Origin: Bacillota bacterium
GTDB taxonomy: Bacteria > Bacillota > Sulfobacillia > JACIYH01
Direction of reading: 5' to 3'
DNA length: 64,000 nucleotides
NCBI GenBank assembly: GCA_030019365.1
Contig: JASEFA010000004.1
Coordinates: 35,262 to 99,261, forward strand
Shown: piece after piece, positions 25,374 through 34,326 of the stretch
How the letters are laid out: every line of letters starts with the position of its first letter
How positions within the stretch are numbered: the first letter of the stretch is position 1
Position numbers and translations under genes: made by a program
Notes under the pieces: model-generated
What the model saw: the letters and a program-made list of their open reading frames with translations, nothing else
Database searches by the model: none
Told to the model about the DNA's origin: nothing

Positions 25374-25600
25374 ATGGCAGTGATGTACGAACGGTGCGCG
25401 GGCCTGGATGTCCCAAGAAGATGATCACCGCATGCCTTATCGTACCTGGCCCGGCAAGCCGAACAAAGAGACGCGGACCTTGCGGACGATGACCGGGGAC
25501 ATCCTCATGCTTTCGGACTGGCTCTCCCGGGCCGGGTGCACTCACGTGGCCATGGAGAGCACGGGGGTGTACTGTTCCGCCGAAAATCGAGATCACCCGC
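25374..25600 (+). pseudogene. Frameshifted N-terminal remnant of an IS110-family transposase
   Basis: MAVMYERCAGLDV (frame a), KKMITACLIVPGP (frame b) and PNKETRTLRTMTGDILMLSDWLSRAGCTHVAMESTGVY (frame c) together match the IS110 DEDD-domain N-terminus. No intact ORF remains. Confidence 0.45.
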
Positions 25601-25692
25601 TCTTAGGCGGCAGCCTCCAGGTCCTTCAGTTCGACCTGATAGCCGAGCGATTCGAGCCGTTTCACCAGACGGCGGGAGACAGCATCGCGGTT

Positions 25693-25753
25693 TGTGTGCT
25701 GTCTCGCATTGATTTAGCCTGAAGGGGCTGGTTTGTCTCACATTGAGTTGGCC
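25693..25753 (+). repeat. Left terminal inverted repeat plus internal transposase-binding-site-like repeat of the element
   Basis: TGTCTCGCATTGA at ~25699-25711 and TGTCTCACATTGA at ~25734-25746, seen directly. Confidence 0.5.
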
Positions 25754-26498
25754 GAAGAGGAAAAACCTCTCGTTGAGGGGAATTGCCCCGCTGGGTTTCA
25801 CCGAACCCAGAAAAGGCATGGCCTCTTGCCGACACACCACCCACGCAAGAGGCCTGCCTGCACCTGGTGGAACCCAGTCTGCATTGATCATCGTAACGAA
25901 CCTGGGATCTGACGTCAACGAGTACATAAGTTGGTGGGAGCGGTACAGGGCCGGGGATGAGGAGGCCCGCCGGGCCCTGCCCAGAAAGTGCCCAAAGTGC
26001 AGGCACAGACTGCATAGCCACGGTTGGTACTGGCGCAAGATCGGCGTCCAGATCCACAGGCTACGCTGCCCCAGGTGCCGGAGAACCCACGCCGTGCTCC
26101 CGAGCTTCCTCGCTCCCCACCGGCCCTGCCTGATGGCCCTGGTCGACCGGGCATTCCGCCTCCGCCTGCAGCGATGCTCCTGGCGCCAGGTGGCCGACAA
26201 CATCACAGAGGTTTCCCTCCCCACCCTGCAGCGCTGGCTACGCCGCATCCGCGACCTCGCGGAAACCGCGGTGGCCATACTCTCCCGGGATGCCCGCCGG
26301 CTTGACCCCGAACTCGACCTGGACACCCTCCTGCGCCCCTTCACGGGGGACCAACTGAAGCTGCTTGACGCCGCCATCGCCGCCTTCTACCTCGCCTGCC
26401 AGCGCCCAAGCCCCCACCTGGCATTCCCTACCGGCCAGCCCCTCGAGTTTGCCAACGTGCACCTCATCAACGCCGAACCCATCGGCGTCTGGTTCTGA
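25743..26498 (+). CDS. Transposon-associated zinc-ribbon protein (CxxC...H...CxxC; DUF6431/TniQ-like accessory), likely start ATG ~25818
   Basis: PRKCPKCRHRLHSHGWYWRKIGVQIHRLRCPRCRRTHAVLPSFLAPH is a treble-clef-type zinc ribbon typical of transposition accessory proteins (recalled). Confidence 0.45.
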   Translation: MSWPKRKNLSLRGIAPLGFTEPRKGMASCRHTTHARGLPAPGGTQSALIIVTNLGSDVNEYISWWERYRAGDEEARRALPRKCPKCRHRLHSHGWYWRKIGVQIHRLRCPRCRRTHAVLPSFLAPHRPCLMALVDRAFRLRLQRCSWRQVADNITEVSLPTLQRWLRRIRDLAETAVAILSRDARRLDPELDLDTLLRPFTGDQLKLLDAAIAAFYLACQRPSPHLAFPTGQPLEFANVHLINAEPIGVWF

Positions 26499-26592
26499 CC
26501 ACCCCGGCAGGGGGAGCCCCGTCCCTTTCCCGCCCAGATGTTGCCGCCTGACCCAGTAAGCGGTTCGGACGGAAGACAGCGCCTGGGTCGGG

Positions 26593-28314
26593 GTGGTTCC
26601 CGTACCGGAACCAGGAAGACATTCGCCGTGCGGAAACCCCCCTTTGGGGCGCCCGTGTCCCACCAAACCTGAAGTTTTCGGCTACCGGCCCCCGGTGGTA
26701 GGCTCGGGACCGGGAGGCACCGGAGGGGTGGACGACGAGGAACGCAGGGTGGAAGTGGCCCTGTTCCGCTACGGTTGCATCGCGGAGCTCTTGCAGAGGA
26801 AGCTCCCCCGGGGCGAGCAGGCCCGCATCTTAGAGCGCCTGGCCGCCCAGGAGTGGGAGGGACCCGGCGGGGAGAAGGTGCGACTCTCCGTCTCCACGCT
26901 CAAATCCTGGCTGGCCCGCTACCGCAAGGGGGGCTTCGAGGCCTTGAAGCCCAAACCCCGGGAGGACCGGGGCAGGCCGCGGGCGCTGGACCCCGCCCTC
27001 ATCGAGCGGGCCGCAAAGCTCAAGCGGGAGCTCCCCGCCCGCTCCGTCACCCAGGTCATCCGCATGCTTGAGGCATCCGGGGTAGCCAAAGGGTCAGTCT
27101 CCCGGGCCACCCTGCACCGGCACCTGCGCGCCCTGGGCCTCACCCGCAGGCAGCCGGGGTCGCGCCGGGTCTACCAGCGCTTCGAGCGGGAGGAGCCCGG
27201 GGAACTGTGGCAGATCGACCAGGCCGACGGCATCTTCCTCCCCGACCCCAGGCGGCCGGGGAAGTTCCGCAAGACCGTGTTGTTCCTCGTCATCGACGAC
27301 CACAGCCGCTACTGCCCCCACGCCCAGTTCTACCCGGACGGCAAGATGCCGCGCCTTGAGCACTGCATGCGCCAGGCCCTGGCCAAGGCCGGCATCCCGC
27401 AGGCCATCTACGTGGACCGGGCCAGCATCCACGTCTCCCGGCACTTCCGCGCCGCCTGCGCCGCGCTGGGCATCCGGGTCATCCTGGGCCGCAGGAGGAA
27501 TCCGGCCGCGCGCGGGAAGGTCGAACGGTTCAACCAGACCGCGCAGAACGAGGTCTACCCGGAGCTGCGCCTTTTGGTGGCCCGGGAAGAGGTCAAGACG
27601 GTGGAGGAGGCCAACGCCTACTTTTGGGCGTGGCTGGAGGAGGACTACCACCGAAGGCCCCACTCGGAGACGGGCGAGCCTCCCCGGGACCGCTACTTCC
27701 GCAAGCCGCCCCGACTGCCCGACCCCGTGGCCCTGGCCAACCTCTTCCTCACGCGGGAGACGCGCACGGTGCGGAAGGACGCCACCATCCGCATCGGGGG
27801 CAACCGCTACCAGGTGGACCCCGAACTCAGAGACCGGAAAAAGGTCGAGGTGCGCTACGACCCCTTCGACCTCACCCGGGTGGAGGTGTGGGTGGACGGC
27901 CGCTTCTACCAGGTGGCGGTCCCCCTGGTCCTCAACAAAACCTCCCTTTCCCGCAGCACGGAGACCGCCCCGGCACCCACCCAGCTCAGCATGAGCTACC
28001 TCAAGCTCCTGCGCGCCCAGCACGACCGCCGCCTCGCCGAGGAAGTCGAGCGCCTGCGCTTTTCCGACTTGCCCAAAAACCCGCTTCCCGGGGGCACGGG
28101 CGGAGTGGCCCCGTTCCTTGCCCTGCTGCACCTGGGCCTGGGCCGCGACCTCACCGAGGCCGAAACCCACGAGGCCCGCGAGTTCTGGGCCACCTACGGC
28201 CCCCTGGACCTGAAGCTCTGCCGGGAGGCCCTGGAACGGGCCTGCCGCGACCTGGGCACCGGGCGGCACATCTCGAGCTACCTTGAGGAAATCAGGAAAC
28301 GGGCACGGAGGTGA
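26593..28314 (+). CDS. tniA: DDE transposase, Mu/TniA-like (rve integrase core plus Mu-transposase C-terminal-like region)
   Basis: N-terminal HTH region, then ...WQIDQADGIFLPD...LFLVIDDHSRYCP...IYVDRASIHVSRHF...GKVERFNQT has the D, D, E spacing of the retroviral-integrase fold. A C-terminal beta-rich region follows. The start may be internal (~26731). Confidence 0.8.
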   Translation: MVPVPEPGRHSPCGNPPLGRPCPTKPEVFGYRPPVVGSGPGGTGGVDDEERRVEVALFRYGCIAELLQRKLPRGEQARILERLAAQEWEGPGGEKVRLSVSTLKSWLARYRKGGFEALKPKPREDRGRPRALDPALIERAAKLKRELPARSVTQVIRMLEASGVAKGSVSRATLHRHLRALGLTRRQPGSRRVYQRFEREEPGELWQIDQADGIFLPDPRRPGKFRKTVLFLVIDDHSRYCPHAQFYPDGKMPRLEHCMRQALAKAGIPQAIYVDRASIHVSRHFRAACAALGIRVILGRRRNPAARGKVERFNQTAQNEVYPELRLLVAREEVKTVEEANAYFWAWLEEDYHRRPHSETGEPPRDRYFRKPPRLPDPVALANLFLTRETRTVRKDATIRIGGNRYQVDPELRDRKKVEVRYDPFDLTRVEVWVDGRFYQVAVPLVLNKTSLSRSTETAPAPTQLSMSYLKLLRAQHDRRLAEEVERLRFSDLPKNPLPGGTGGVAPFLALLHLGLGRDLTEAETHEAREFWATYGPLDLKLCREALERACRDLGTGRHISSYLEEIRKRARR

Positions 28315-29120
28315 GCACCGTGTACGAGAGCTTCTTCGGCTTCACCCGCACGCCATTTGGCCGGGACCTTCCCCCGGACCAGCTCTTTCCCTCCCAGGAC
28401 CACCTGGAGGCGCTCGCCCGGCTGAACTGGGCCGTCATGCAGCGTGGCATGGCCCTCCTCACCGGGGACGTGGGCTCGGGCAAGTCCACCTGCCTGCGGG
28501 CCCTGCGCGCCGCCCTGGACCCCATCAGGTCACGCTGGCTGTATCTGCCCAACCCCCTCCTTCCCGCCCGCGGGCTGTACCGCCAGCTCCTCCTGGCCCT
28601 GGGGGTAGAGCCCCGGTATCACAAGTCGGACACCGTCAACCAGCTCGCCGGGACCCTGTGGTCGGTGTTCGAGCAGGGCAAGACCCCGGTGGTGGTCATC
28701 GACGACGCCCACCTCCTCCCGGAGGCTACCCTGCAGGAACTCAGGCTGCTCACCAACTTCGACATGGACAGCGCCTGCCCCATGGCGCTCATCCTCGTCG
28801 GCCAGACCCCCCTGCGGGACAGGCTCCGGCTCTCCTGCTACGACCACATCACCCAGCGGCTCACCGTGCGGTACCACATGCGCGGGCTCACCGCCCCGGA
28901 GACCAGGGAGTACATCGCCCACCACCTAAAGGCCGCCGGGCGTACCTCGCCCCTCTTCACACCGGAGGCCATCGAGGAAATCTTCCAGTACGCCCGCGGC
29001 ATCCCCAGGCGGGTCAACCACGTGTGCGCCAATTCCCTGCTCGCCGCCTTCATCGAGCAGAAGGAGCTGGTCGACCAAAAGCTGGTACTACGGGTGATCC
29101 AGGACCTAAACGGCAACTGA
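28311..29120 (+). CDS. tniB: AAA+ ATPase transposition helper (TniB/ExeA-like, AAA_22)
   Basis: LLTGDVGSGKST (Walker A) and VVVIDDAHLL (Walker B). 4-nt overlap with the transposase. Confidence 0.75.
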   Translation: MSTVYESFFGFTRTPFGRDLPPDQLFPSQDHLEALARLNWAVMQRGMALLTGDVGSGKSTCLRALRAALDPIRSRWLYLPNPLLPARGLYRQLLLALGVEPRYHKSDTVNQLAGTLWSVFEQGKTPVVVIDDAHLLPEATLQELRLLTNFDMDSACPMALILVGQTPLRDRLRLSCYDHITQRLTVRYHMRGLTAPETREYIAHHLKAAGRTSPLFTPEAIEEIFQYARGIPRRVNHVCANSLLAAFIEQKELVDQKLVLRVIQDLNGN

Positions 29121-29162
29121 ACTCGGATCGGCAGCTGCCCTTCCCCTGGGGCAGCCTTCTTC

Positions 29163-30368
29163 GTGGCCCGAAAAAGTTATCTCAATCCGAGACAAGCCGG
29201 TCAAAACAATGTGAGACGGCACACCATGACCAGGGGGCCCGCTCTTACAGGAAAGAGCCTTCTGTCTGGCCTTTTGCGGTGCGCAAGGTGTGGCCGTAAG
29301 CTGCACGTCACCTATACGGGGGCCAATGGCAACGTGGTCCGCTATGCGTGCAACAGCGCATCAGTGAACCACGGTGCGGAACGGTGCATCTCCTTCGGGG
29401 GGCTAGCGGTTGACCGGGCCGTTGAACGTGAGTTACTGAAGGTGGTTGAACCTGCGGCGGTCCAGGCAGCCCTGGATGCGCTGGCCGAGCTCGAGGCCTC
29501 ACGCGACGAAAGGCGCGCTGCCCTGGAACTTGCCTTGCGGCAGCCCCGGTATGAGGCGGACCGGGCACGGCGGCAGTACGATGCGGTGGAGCCGGAGAAC
29601 CGCTTGGTGGCCTCAGAGCTTGAGCGACGCTGGAATGCGGCTCTTGAGGAAGTGAGGCGGCTCGAGGAAGAACTCTGCCGTCTGCTCCCATCGGATGCGA
29701 ACCTGAGTGAGGACGAGCGAGAGGAACTTCTTTCCCTCTCCGAGGACCTGCAGAGCGTTTGGAACAATCCTCTTACAGACATGCGTACGAAGAAGCGCCT
29801 GGTGCGGACGGTGATCGAGGAGATCATCGCTGACGTGGACGAGGAGAGGGCTGTGGTAGAGTTGGTGATCCGCTGGGCGGGCGGGTACCATACCCGGCTC
29901 CTCGTAAAGAAGAACCGCACCGGCGAGCACCGCTTCCGGACGGACCGGAAAGCGGTCGAGGTGGTGCGCGAGTTGGCCAAGGTGACCCGTGACCGGGACA
30001 TCGCGGCCATCCTGAACCGGCTGGGGATAAAAACGGGCAAGGGTAACACCTGGACCGAGGCCAGGGTGAGATCTCTCCGGAACGAGCACGGGATACCGGT
30101 GTTTACAGACGACGGAGAAAACCCAAAGTGGCTCACGATGAAGGATGCTGCCTCCCTCCTGGGGGTCAGCCCGACGTCAGTGCATCGGCTCATTCTGGAG
30201 GGAGTACTCCCCGCCAGGCAGGTAGTACCTTGCGCGCCCTGGATGATCGAAAAACACTCGTTGGAATCGGAAGCGGTTAGGCAGGCGGTGGCAGGCATCA
30301 AACAGGGCGGGAAACGTCCGCTACCACACCACCCCGATCAGCAAAAGCTAGATTTGAAGCCGATGTAG
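29163..30368 (+). pseudogene. C-terminal fragment of a large serine recombinase (zinc-ribbon and coiled-coil regions only; catalytic resolvase domain missing)
   Basis: LLRCARCGRKLHVTYTGANGNVVRYACNSA...GAERC is the recombinase zinc beta-ribbon, followed by a long coiled-coil and C-terminal region. The first ~20 codons of the ORF are read from the transposon right end. The recombinase-derived sequence begins at about 29226. Confidence 0.55.
29177..29226 (-). repeat. Right terminal inverted repeat plus internal repeat of the element
   Basis: The reverse complement contains GTCTCACATTG and GTCTCGGATTGAG. It pairs with the left end. Confidence 0.5.
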
Positions 30369-30380
30369 CGAGGTGGTGCA

Positions 30381-30776
30381 TCATGTCGTGGGATCGGTTG
30401 GGCCCACGATTATGACCCCCTGGTGAGCCCGGATCCAATTGCCCGTGGCCAGGCTCCGCATGACCGCGCGGTCAAGGCCGCGGGGCACCTGGTAGTCGAT
30501 GTCCTCCATGCACGCGGGCAGCCTCAGCTTGGCCGCCTTCAGCAACCTGGCCAGGCGCCGGTCCTGCCTGGAACTCCATTCGCGATCCACCAGCAGGCCG
30601 AAGCGCTCCTCGAAGGAAAGACCCTGCACGTCGGGTTCCTGTGCCTGGGCCAGGAAGGCCTCCGCCATCCCGTCAAGCCGCATCTCCCGCAGCCTGGCAA
30701 CCGTCTGCTGGTCAAGCATGCGATGACCCCTCCCCGCTGTAGTACGAGGGGCCCCGCAGGTTGGGGTGCTCCCCAA
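30381..30776 (-). pseudogene. istB: IS21-family IstB helper ATPase, N-terminal fragment truncated at the Walker A region
   Basis: [25 protein letters not shown]...LSFEERFGLLVDREWSSRQDRRLARLLKAAKL...LATGNWIRAHQGVIIVGPT then stop. The break coincides with the serine-recombinase fragment end. Confidence 0.6.
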
Positions 30777-31569
30777 CCGCCCGAGCCTCCGGCGGGGACT
30801 CGAGCGGTAACCTGTCCAGCTTGTTCTCCAGGATCGACTTCACACTCCGGTAAGAGATGGCGCCGGTGGCCAGGGCCCTTCTTGAGGCGGCCTCCAGCCG
30901 CTCCTCGCCGTAGCGCTTGCCCAACCGCATGATCCCCAGGCAGGACCGGTAGCCCTGCTCGGGGTGGGGCTTGGACTCCATGATCCTCCGCACCAGCCGC
31001 CCCGTGTTCTCGCCCGCCTTCTCAGCCCATCGGACAAGGCGATCCGGGGTCCACTCGAGATGCTCCCGGTGGGAATGCGGGCGGTGCTCGGGATCGGTCA
31101 CGAACTGCCCCTTGCGGTAGCTGCGCGGGTGGCTGGCCACGCGGCGCCCCTTGTGCAGGACCTCCACCGTGGTGGCCGTGTAGCGCACCTCCACCTGCTC
31201 CCTGATGAGCCCGTGAGGGACGCTGTAGTAATTGCCTTCCACCTCCACGTGGTAGTCGATGTTCACCCGGGCCTTCTTCCACTGGGCGAACTCGTACCTC
31301 TGCGGCGGCAGGGGTTTGAGGGCCGCCTTCTCCACCGTCTCGTACAGGGTGCGGCGGCTCCCCTCCATCTTCTGAAACGGCGCGTCGTTGAGCTTTTCGA
31401 GCAGTTCCCTGATCGCCTGGTTCACCTCCGCCAGGCTGAAGAAGGTGCGGTGGCGCAGGGCGGCCAGGATCCACCGCTCCACCACCTGCACCCCCGCCTC
31501 CACCTTGGCCCGGTCGCGGGGGTGCTTGGGCCGGGCGGGGATCACCACAGCCCCGTAGTGCTCCGCCAT
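30712..31569 (-). pseudogene. istA: IS21-family IstA transposase, C-terminal part only (N-terminal HTH and first catalytic residues missing)
   Basis: Begins within the catalytic core (...[22 protein letters not shown]...) and continues through the conserved IstA C-terminal region. The stop overlaps the istB start, as in IS21. Confidence 0.6.
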
Positions 31570-32633
31570 CTCAGCTTATCCCGACGTCAAGATAACAGGA
31601 GTTCGTCGAGTACTTTGGGTCGGACGTGGTGGTTGTGCCGCCGGGGGTGGTCGCCGAGACACTGGGGTCTTTCTTGGAGTGGTGGAACCTGCGGCTGCTC
31701 GAAGGGATGTCCGCTGAGGAGCGGCGGCGGGCCCTGGCGCAGGGGACTCGGCCCCGCACGAGGGTCCCGGAGGGATTGCTGGACTGCGAGACGGTGGGGA
31801 TCGTGATGGATCCTGAGGAGGGATTGAACTTTTACGCCGAGTTGGCAGGTTCCTTGAGGTATTCGCCAAGCCGGAATCGTTCAGCGCCCAAGAGCGGCGC
31901 GACGTGGTGATGCGGTACCTCTGGAGCAACAGCATCTCGCCGCTGCCCTTCCGCAAGGTGGTGGAGAGGTATCCGGAGAATGCCCGGCTGGTGTTCGGTG
32001 AGATTTTCGGGAAGGACGCCTGGGACAACGAAAAGGACCTGGCTTCCCTGATGCGCAAGTACAAGGGGGTCTTTCTGAAGCGGAAGCCGCTGCCCGGCTT
32101 CATTCCGGTTGCCGCTGATGCCGTCGGCGGTGTAGCGGCCAAGCGGGTTCCGCCGTCCAGGCCTCGTCGGCGGGCAGGACCGCGGAGATGAAGAGCCGCG
32201 GAGACAGTGTGGGACTACCCGGAGGCACGGAGGTCAGGGGCGTGAACCCGGTCCTGCGCGTCCTCATAGAGGTGGTGGCGGAGGCCCAGATTAGGCGGCG
32301 CGATCCGCCCGAGGCGGAGGAGATCCTGGTTTCGCTGCTGGGCCCCGGTGGGGGTGCGAATGCGGAGACGAGGCAGGTGGCAGGGAAACTGTTGGCCGAG
32401 ATCCGAAGCGGTACCACCGGCTAGTAATGTGATGACCCCGGGTGGGAGGGGTAAGCAGGGGAGGACCCCGAACTCTGGTGTGCCCGGGGTGGTGCCCTGT
32501 CTCCCGGGGGGAAGCTCCTGCGAAGAACCGCACTGTGCCAGGTAGGAGGCCATGGCAGCTCTCGGGCCGGCAGGTACTTGTTTGATGGGGCTCTCTTGAG
32601 CGCAGAAACCGGTGTGATACACTACGAGGTGAG

Positions 32634-32873
32634 GTGAGCCTTTTGAAGGCGAGGTTCAAGGTTCTGCTGGAATGGAACGAGGAAGGCGGAGGTTACACGG
32701 TAACGGTGCCAGCGTTGCCGGGGTGCTTGTCCGAGGGGGATACGGTTGAGGAAGCCCTTGGCAATATCCGGGAGGCGATTGAGGGGTATCTTGAAGCACT
32801 CAGGAAGCAGGGCAGAGCGGTACCTTCAGAAGACGTACGTCTCCTGATAGGCGAGGTGGAGGTTGCGGTATGA
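32634..32873 (+). CDS. hicB: HicB-family antitoxin (type II TA)
   Basis: WNEEGGGYTVTVPALPGCLSEGDTVEEALGNIREAIEGYLE has the HicB/UPF0150 fold signature. 4-nt overlap with hicA. Confidence 0.7.
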   Translation: MSLLKARFKVLLEWNEEGGGYTVTVPALPGCLSEGDTVEEALGNIREAIEGYLEALRKQGRAVPSEDVRLLIGEVEVAV

Positions 32874-33097
32874 CGAGGCTGCCCCGCGTCTCCGGCAAGG
32901 ACGTGGTGCGAGCGTTACAGCGGGGCGGGTTCAGACTGGTGCACGTTCGTGGCAGTCACCACTACCTTGAGCCTCCAGGCGGAGGTTTGCTGGTTACTGT
33001 GCCAGTCCACGGTAGTCGGGTGCTGAAGCCCAAGACCATGAAGAGCATTTTGGATCAAGCCGGGCTGACGGCAGACGAACTGGCGAGGCTGCTTTGA
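32870..33097 (+). CDS. hicA: HicA-family mRNA interferase toxin
   Basis: KDVVRALQRGGFRLVHVRGSHHYLEPPGGGLLVTVPVHGSRVLKPKTMKSILDQAGL has the YcfA/HicA motif with conserved His. Confidence 0.7.
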   Translation: MTRLPRVSGKDVVRALQRGGFRLVHVRGSHHYLEPPGGGLLVTVPVHGSRVLKPKTMKSILDQAGLTADELARLL

Positions 33098-33545
33098 GCG
33101 TTCATTTACCGACGTCCAGGGTGGTTGCGGCGTCGAGAATGAGCGGTCGGGCGGCCTGATAAGGCCATGACCTTGCGTCTGATAACGTTGCCGGCGTGTT
33201 CCCCTCCCTGGCGGGGAGGCTGGGGCGAGCCGGCTTCGAGCCGAGCGTTCTGGACAACTCCATGGCGGCACGCCCCTGCGCCTGCGGGGGCGTTCACTGT
33301 TGTTGGGGTGGAATACGGCCTCCGTGCGTGCAGATGCGCCACCGAAAGGAGGTGGGGCTGCACATTTGTACCACCGCGGGTAGGGATGTCCTTCAGCTCG
33401 GTCGCAGCAGGCGTGTCCATCGGGGTGTTGTCGCGCTGCGCTGTATTATGCAGGTTGGCTGAGGGCGGCGATTACCGCTCGATCGAGCGGTCCACGAAGA
33501 AATGAGGTAGGGTCGGTCAGCGCTGACTGGGGAGGGAATTGTTAC

Positions 33546-34211
33546 TTGGGAAGGACAGAAGTGAGCGAACGTGTAGCGGCAGCCGGAATCATAGCCGTGT
33601 TGCGCCGAATCCCTGAGGAGTGCTTGCCTTCGGTCATCGAGGCCTTGGCCCTGGGGGGAGTGCGCATGTGCGAGATAACATGGGACGACGATCGGGCTCC
33701 CCGCCTGCTGGAGAAGGCGCTGGAGATCTCAAGCGCGGACTTTCTCTGGGGGATGGGAACCGTGACTGCGGTCAAACAGGCTCGCCGCGCCGTGGAGACT
33801 GGCGCGTGCTTCATCGTTTCGCCTGTCTTCGTCCCGGAAGTGGTTCATGCCTGCCTGGACATGGGCGTTACGTCCATTCCCGGTGCCTTTTCGCCCAGCG
33901 AGGTTCATGCTGCCTGGAAAACTGGCGGGGATTTGATCAAGGTTTTCCCTGCTTGCGTGCTGGGCCCCCGTTATTTCCACGAACTGCAGGGGCCCATGCC
34001 CGGTATCCCTTTGGTTGCCGTGGGGGGCGTAGATGTTTCGAATGCGGCAGCGTTCTTGCAAGCTGGCGCCCGGGCTGTGGCAGCCGGGGGCAAGCTTATC
34101 CCCCAAGATGCGGTTCGGCAGGGGCAATGGGAACGCATCACGGATACTGCAAGGCGGTTCGTCGCCGCCGTCCGGGAGGGAAAGGCTCTTGCTTGCAGTG
34201 GTGAGGGATAA
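33546..34211 (+). CDS. eda: KHG/KDPG aldolase (2-dehydro-3-deoxyphosphogluconate / 4-hydroxy-2-oxoglutarate aldolase)
   Basis: AAAGIIAVLRRIP...ALALGGVRMCEITWDDD...GMGTVT...CFIVSPVF...IPGAFSPSEVHAAWKTGGDLIKVFPA...VAVGGV is the Eda TIM-barrel pattern. Confidence 0.75.
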   Translation: MGRTEVSERVAAAGIIAVLRRIPEECLPSVIEALALGGVRMCEITWDDDRAPRLLEKALEISSADFLWGMGTVTAVKQARRAVETGACFIVSPVFVPEVVHACLDMGVTSIPGAFSPSEVHAAWKTGGDLIKVFPACVLGPRYFHELQGPMPGIPLVAVGGVDVSNAAAFLQAGARAVAAGGKLIPQDAVRQGQWERITDTARRFVAAVREGKALACSGEG

Positions 34212-34326
34212 AGCCCGTTGCATGATCTGCCGGAGATGGTCGGCCGTGACCCGAAGCGCACGCCTGCGAGGCGAACCGGACCGGGTAGGCCAGGAGCGGC
34301 GAGACCTTGGCGTGCAGCCGGGCCAA

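Larger units (their letters stand above)
25693..29226 (+). mobile_element. ~3.5-kb Mu/Tn552/Tn5053-superfamily transposable element (Zn-ribbon accessory ORF, DDE transposase, AAA ATPase) bounded by imperfect ~27-bp terminal inverted repeats
   Basis: Left end TGTGTGCTGTCTCGCATTGATTTAGCC (~25693-25719) pairs with the reverse complement of ~29200-29226, GGTGTGCCGTCTCACATTGTTTTGACC (21/27 identical). Each end carries a second internal copy of the GTCTC(A/G)(C/G)ATTGA core (~25731-25753 and ~29177-29197). No target-site duplication is evident. Confidence 0.55.

Noticed and set aside
27094-28269. 391-aa minus-strand ORF inside the transposase gene
   Set aside because: Antisense to the DDE transposase, which has clear catalytic motifs.
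33100-33545. Possible tRNA or small RNA in the 450-nt gap between hicA and eda
   Set aside because: I could not recognise a tRNA cloverleaf (no GTTC-type T-arm with matching acceptor stem). Only short GC hairpins and CTGATAA(G/C) repeats were seen, so the evidence is not enough to call a gene.
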